From Okeania sp. (GTDB lineage: Bacteria; Cyanobacteriota; Cyanobacteriia; Cyanobacteriales; Microcoleaceae): a stretch of DNA of 29,589 nucleotides. A program made the position numbers and the translations under genes. The DNA lies in contig NZ_JAYKGW010000100.1 in NCBI RefSeq assembly GCF_035285525.1, positions 1 through 29,589 of the forward strand. The letters are read 5' to 3'. Shown here piece after piece: positions 25,832 through 29,589 of this stretch (within the stretch, counting starts at the first letter, position 1; the number at the start of each line of letters is the position of its first letter). The notes beneath the pieces are model-generated. The model ran no database searches. It saw only the letters and a list, made by a program, of their open reading frames with translations, and was not told the DNA's origin.

Positions 25832-25870
25832 AAAATAAATAACTTTTTTTTAAACAGTATTATTTTGTTA

Positions 25871-26581
25871 TTAAGCAGTAACTAACTCAGGTTCAGGAAC
25901 AGGACGCTTACTATTACGAATACCACTAATTGCCTCTGCATAATCATCAGCTTTAAACACCGCAGAACCTGCAACAATAGCATTAGCACCAGCTTCTAAT
26001 ACCTGCCAAGTGTTATTAGTTTTAAGACCACCGTCAACTTCAATCCAAGGATCGAGTCCCCGCTCATCGCACATTTGACGGAGCTTACGAATTTTAGATA
26101 CTACCCCAGGAATAAAACTCTGACCGCCAAAACCAGGGTTAACACTCATAATTAATACTAAGTCACATAAATCTAGAACATATTCAATTAATTCTAGTGG
26201 TGTAGAAGGATTAAGAACTACACCTGCTTGCTTACCCAACTCCTTAATTTGGCCTAGAGTTCGGTGTAAATGAGGAGAAGCATTATGTTCAGCATGAACA
26301 GAAATAATGTCAGCACCTGCATTAGCAAAATCTGCAACATACTTCTCTGGTTCCACAATCATTAAGTGGACATCCAGAGGTTTTTTAGTAACAGGACGTA
26401 ATGCTTTAACAATTAATGGACCAATAGTAATATTAGGTACAAAACGGCCATCCATTACATCAACATGAATCCAGTCAGCACCAGCTTGGTCTACAGCTCG
26501 AACTTCGTCTCCCAGACGACTAAAATCTGCTGATAATATAGATGGGGCAATAACAACAGATTTCTTCTTACCATTTGTCAT
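25871..26581 (-). CDS. rpe: ribulose-phosphate 3-epimerase
   Basis: [31 protein letters not shown], and [13 protein letters not shown].. are canonical Rpe motifs. 236 aa. Confidence 0.95.
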   Translation of the reverse strand: MTNGKKKSVVIAPSILSADFSRLGDEVRAVDQAGADWIHVDVMDGRFVPNITIGPLIVKALRPVTKKPLDVHLMIVEPEKYVADFANAGADIISVHAEHNASPHLHRTLGQIKELGKQAGVVLNPSTPLELIEYVLDLCDLVLIMSVNPGFGGQSFIPGVVSKIRKLRQMCDERGLDPWIEVDGGLKTNNTWQVLEAGANAIVAGSAVFKADDYAEAISGIRNSKRPVPEPELVTA

Positions 26582-26862
26582 AAACTTAAATTTTCTCCTA
26601 ACTTATTCTCAGTTACCGGAAATTTTAACACTAATTTAATTATTTATTATCATAATTTTGTAGATGGAGAAGTTATGGTTGAGTTTTTAGGTTTTAATTT
26701 AGGGACTTTACATACAATTTCTGGTTTGGTTTCCAAATCCTAGCTTAAGAGAAGGTTTGGACACCAAACCCCTACAGTTTTTCTAACAAATCATTTAGGA
26801 TTGCTATATGTCTGAGTAATTTGAGGAAACACTATATAAAAATTAAGATATCATTAAGTAGT

Positions 26863-26938
26863 TATAGAAAATTAATTTCCTAGTTGAGAGAGGGAAAAAG
26901 GAACAGAGAATCAATAGAATATGTAATTAATTTTGCAT
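26863..26938. mobile_element. short copy of the ATGCAAAATTAATT-TIR element
   Basis: The left end is degenerate (tagaaaattaatttcc). The right end aattaattttgcat (26925-26938) is intact. The interior is deleted relative to 11413-11543. Confidence 0.5.
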
Positions 26939-27256
26939 AAGCACTTAGTTGAATAAAAAAATATTTTTTTTACTAATGGAAAAATAGATAATATAGCAGT
27001 AATATTTGAGTTGATTATTCTGATGTAGCAAATAAGTTGTGGCACATTTCAAATGCAAATTACTTATTGAACTAAAAAATTACATGATAACTTAAATGCC
27101 TTTTCCTGTTTTCTTTACCATTTCCAAGATAAGTGTATATTAGATATCTCTAATAATCAAAAGTAAAATCAATTATTCTATTTAGCAAAAAGAAAAGGTA
27201 ATTAATTATTAATTATTAATTATTAACTATTGAATAATAACCCAAATAATTGAAAT

Positions 27257-27628
27257 ATGAAAAATATTGAGCAACTTAAAAATTCCCAAATTAATCGTCA
27301 AGAACTATTTTTATTAGTAACTCCAATATTAGGTTTTTTCCCGGCAGTATGGATTTTGCTTCGCCAAAAGGCTAGTATCCAACATAGAGCAGTAAGCCGA
27401 TTAATTGTAACTCTAACCTCAATTTGGTTGTTAGGAAATATTTTGTTGCAATTAGGCACTAAAATAGGGGAATCTGGAACCATCACCTTGTTGTTTGTAA
27501 ATAGCCTACTTACTACTAGCTATTTCATAATTAGTTTTGGACTAATGGTTCGGGTTTGGAAAAGACAACCCTTATGGCTACCAGGAATTAGTCAAATAGC
27601 AGAAAAAATGGTAGGTAAACATTTATAG
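27257..27628 (+). CDS. hypothetical integral membrane protein (3 predicted helices)
   Basis: 123-aa ORF with hydrophobic segments LFLLVTPILGFFPAVWILL, LIVTLTSIWLLGNILLQL and LLFVNSLLTTSYFIISFGLMV. Confidence 0.55.
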   Translation: MKNIEQLKNSQINRQELFLLVTPILGFFPAVWILLRQKASIQHRAVSRLIVTLTSIWLLGNILLQLGTKIGESGTITLLFVNSLLTTSYFIISFGLMVRVWKRQPLWLPGISQIAEKMVGKHL

Positions 27629-27778
27629 TAATCAGTGCATAACTTGTGACCAATCAAAAAGTAAATAAAAAATTAAAACTCTTACCTGTTCTTCCCTAAA
27701 AGCCATGAAATTCTGTACAGGAATTAAATAGGATTACTATATGATTATTTCAGATTCTATTAAACTCAGAAATGACGC

Positions 27779-27844
27779 AAAAACTAGGTTTATGAACTAA
27801 AATTTGCCAAAGCGTTAAATTAGAGTGATCAACCCAGTTTTTTG
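27779..27844 (+). repeat. hairpin element AAAAACTAGGTT...AACCCAGTTTTT plus T-run
   Basis: 12-nt arms with 1 mismatch. Same family and same upstream AGGATT(G/A)CTATA motif as the 7.3-kb copy. Confidence 0.6.
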
Positions 27845-27943
27845 GTGGGATTGCATAATTTATAAAAGTTTTGAAAATTTCAATAAATTGAAATTTTCAA
27901 CAAAATTTATCCGACAAAAAACTCTATTTTAATATTTTCGTGT

Positions 27944-29368
27944 GTGAGGAAACCAGTGTCTGCTAATAAATTTTTAAATTCAACTGCAAGTGAAAATTCA
28001 GTAACAGAAAACCATCAAAAACAACTTCCCAAATTTCGTCCGGGACGTTGGTTTGGTTTGGGTTTAGGTTTAGTTGGAGTGGCGACAATATCTGCTACGG
28101 CAGGCGCTCTACTAGCATTATCTCTTTCTAGCACTCCACTAATGCAACAAAGCCTATCTCCAGAAGATGCAGCAGTCTTTTCTAAAAAAGACTTGGCCAA
28201 CAGTAATATGCGGTTGCCAGAGTTAACTCGGCCTGTCAATATATTGTTGTTAGGAATTAAAGTATTAACATCAGATTTAGAAGAATATCCCCAAGATGAA
28301 GAGCTAGGATATCATGCTCTAGTTAATTCTTTTAAAGGATTATCTGATACAATGCTTTTAGTGAGGTTTGACCCTAAAAATCAGAAATTAACTTTACTTT
28401 CTATTCCCAGAGATACTCGAACTTATGTAGAAGATCGAGGCTTAACCAAGATTAACTCAGCCAACCATTATGGTGGACCAGCGACCAGCGCCAAAGCTGT
28501 GAGTGAACTTCTTGGTGGAGTAGGCATTGACCGCTATGTACGAGTTAATGTGCAAGGTGTAGAAAAATTGATAGATGCTCTTGGTGGTGTCAGAGTAAAT
28601 GTACCTGCAGACATGAAGTATCAAGATGATAGTCAACACCTCTATATCGATCTTAAAGCAGGGGAACAACACCTCAATGGAGATCAAGCTCTACAATTTT
28701 TGAGATTTCGCTATGATAATCTAGGAGATATTGGGCGAGTGCAACGGCAGCAACTTTTGATGCGATCTTTTGTAGAACAGTCGGTTAATTTGAAAACTCT
28801 ATCCCGACTGCCAAAAATTCTTTCTGTCATTCAGTCTCATGTTGATACAAATTTGAGTGTAGAAGAATTAGTCGCTTTGATGAATTTTGCTGCTAAGGTT
28901 GATAGACAAAATGTACAAATGTTGATGGTACCTGGTGAGTTTAGCGACCCTAAAGAATTTAAGGCTAGTTATTGGTTGCCTGACTTGAGGAGCTTAGATG
29001 ATATGGTTGCTAAACATTTTGACTTTGGTTATCAACGTTTGGAACCGGAAAATTTAGATTATGGTATGAGGGTGGCAATTCAAGATAGCACTGATAATTG
29101 GGAAACTGTCGATCAGTTAGTTAGAAACCTCAATGATGCTGGTTATTGGAATGTTCGAGTTTCTAAACCCTGGACAACACCTTTACAGGTAACTAGAATT
29201 GTTGCTCAAAAAGGAGATATTACATTAGCAAAGGCAGTTCAAAAGTCTCTGGGTTTTGGAGAAGTTTTTGTGGAAAGTACGGGAGCTTTGAGGTCAGATG
29301 TAACTATTCAATTAGGACAAGATTCGTTGACAATCAAAAATGAGTCTCAAAATTTAGGAAATTGGTAA
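27944..29368 (+). CDS. LCP (LytR-CpsA-Psr) family cell-envelope protein with C-terminal LytR_C-like domain
   Basis: TM anchor WFGLGLGLVGVATISATAGALLAL. LCP core NILLLGIK...SDTMLLVRFDP..LTLLSIPRDT...GGPATSAKAVSELLGGVGIDRYVRVN. GTG start. Confidence 0.85.
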   Translation: MRKPVSANKFLNSTASENSVTENHQKQLPKFRPGRWFGLGLGLVGVATISATAGALLALSLSSTPLMQQSLSPEDAAVFSKKDLANSNMRLPELTRPVNILLLGIKVLTSDLEEYPQDEELGYHALVNSFKGLSDTMLLVRFDPKNQKLTLLSIPRDTRTYVEDRGLTKINSANHYGGPATSAKAVSELLGGVGIDRYVRVNVQGVEKLIDALGGVRVNVPADMKYQDDSQHLYIDLKAGEQHLNGDQALQFLRFRYDNLGDIGRVQRQQLLMRSFVEQSVNLKTLSRLPKILSVIQSHVDTNLSVEELVALMNFAAKVDRQNVQMLMVPGEFSDPKEFKASYWLPDLRSLDDMVAKHFDFGYQRLEPENLDYGMRVAIQDSTDNWETVDQLVRNLNDAGYWNVRVSKPWTTPLQVTRIVAQKGDITLAKAVQKSLGFGEVFVESTGALRSDVTIQLGQDSLTIKNESQNLGNW

Positions 29369-29430
29369 AAACGCTAATGGGGAGTAGTGGACTGACACAA
29401 CTTAAATGATGCGTTACTTTTGGGTTGTGG

Positions 29431-29589
29431 GTAGAGAAGGAAGACAAGGTAGACAAGGTAGAGAAGGAAGACAAGGTAGACAAGGTAGAGAAGGAAGACA
29501 AGGTAGACAAGGTAGACAAGGTAGACAAGGTAGACAAGGTAGACAAGGTAGACAAGGTAGACAAGGTAGACAAGGTAGACAAGGTAGAC
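29431..29589. repeat. nonamer tandem repeat (GTAGACAAG) with a 27-nt higher-order unit, running off the window end
   Basis: Three 27-nt units (gtagagaag gaagacaag gtagacaag), then ~8.7 perfect gtagacaag units to nt 29589. Confidence 0.95.

Noticed and set aside
27298-28687. Antisense ORFs 27298..27486, 28015..28239 and 28457..28687
   Set aside because: They are embedded in the supported membrane-protein and LCP ORFs.
29334-29582. 82-aa STLSTL... ORF
   Set aside because: It is a translation of the 9-nt tandem repeat. All frames are open by construction.

Overview
AT-rich chromosomal segment that looks like a filamentous, Nostocales-type cyanobacterium. This is an inference from many HIP1 GCGATCGC sites, short tandem 7/8/9-nt repeats, and pentapeptide-repeat, COP23 and DUF4330 genes. 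I can support about 29 protein-coding genes or gene remnants. Housekeeping genes are serS, rpe, an M48 peptidase, a SAM methyltransferase, a DsbA-like thioredoxin-fold protein, an LCP/LytR protein, a NurA-like nuclease, a HAD hydrolase, a trypsin-like protease, and the 3' ~4.5 kb of a giant AAA/GAF/histidine multi-kinase. Two accessory patches interrupt them. (i) 4.5-5.9 kb is a decay patch with a NucA-type nuclease fragment, a pentapeptide gene frameshifted in an A7 run, and an N-terminally truncated lipase-like ORF. (ii) 14.0-19.3 kb is an island holding four toxin-antitoxin-type modules (small ORF + HNH; UPF0175 + DUF3368/PIN; degenerate brnT + intact brnA; hicAB), a COP23 gene, a 62-nt x4 tandem array and a stand-alone IS200-like Y1 (RAYT-like) transposase. 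Intergenic regions are long and packed with at least seven families of small dispersed repeats or MITE-like elements. I recognised no rRNA, tRNA or CRISPR array. The most unusual structures are: ~85-nt promoter-bearing direct repeats bracketing the HNH/PIN cassette, with a gutted second copy; the 62-nt tandem array beside the Y1 transposase; and a 195-bp tandem duplication with a 21-nt non-homologous block upstream of the NurA-like gene. I did not find a clearly novel multi-gene system. All functional interpretations of these structures are hypotheses that need database, comparative and transcript data.
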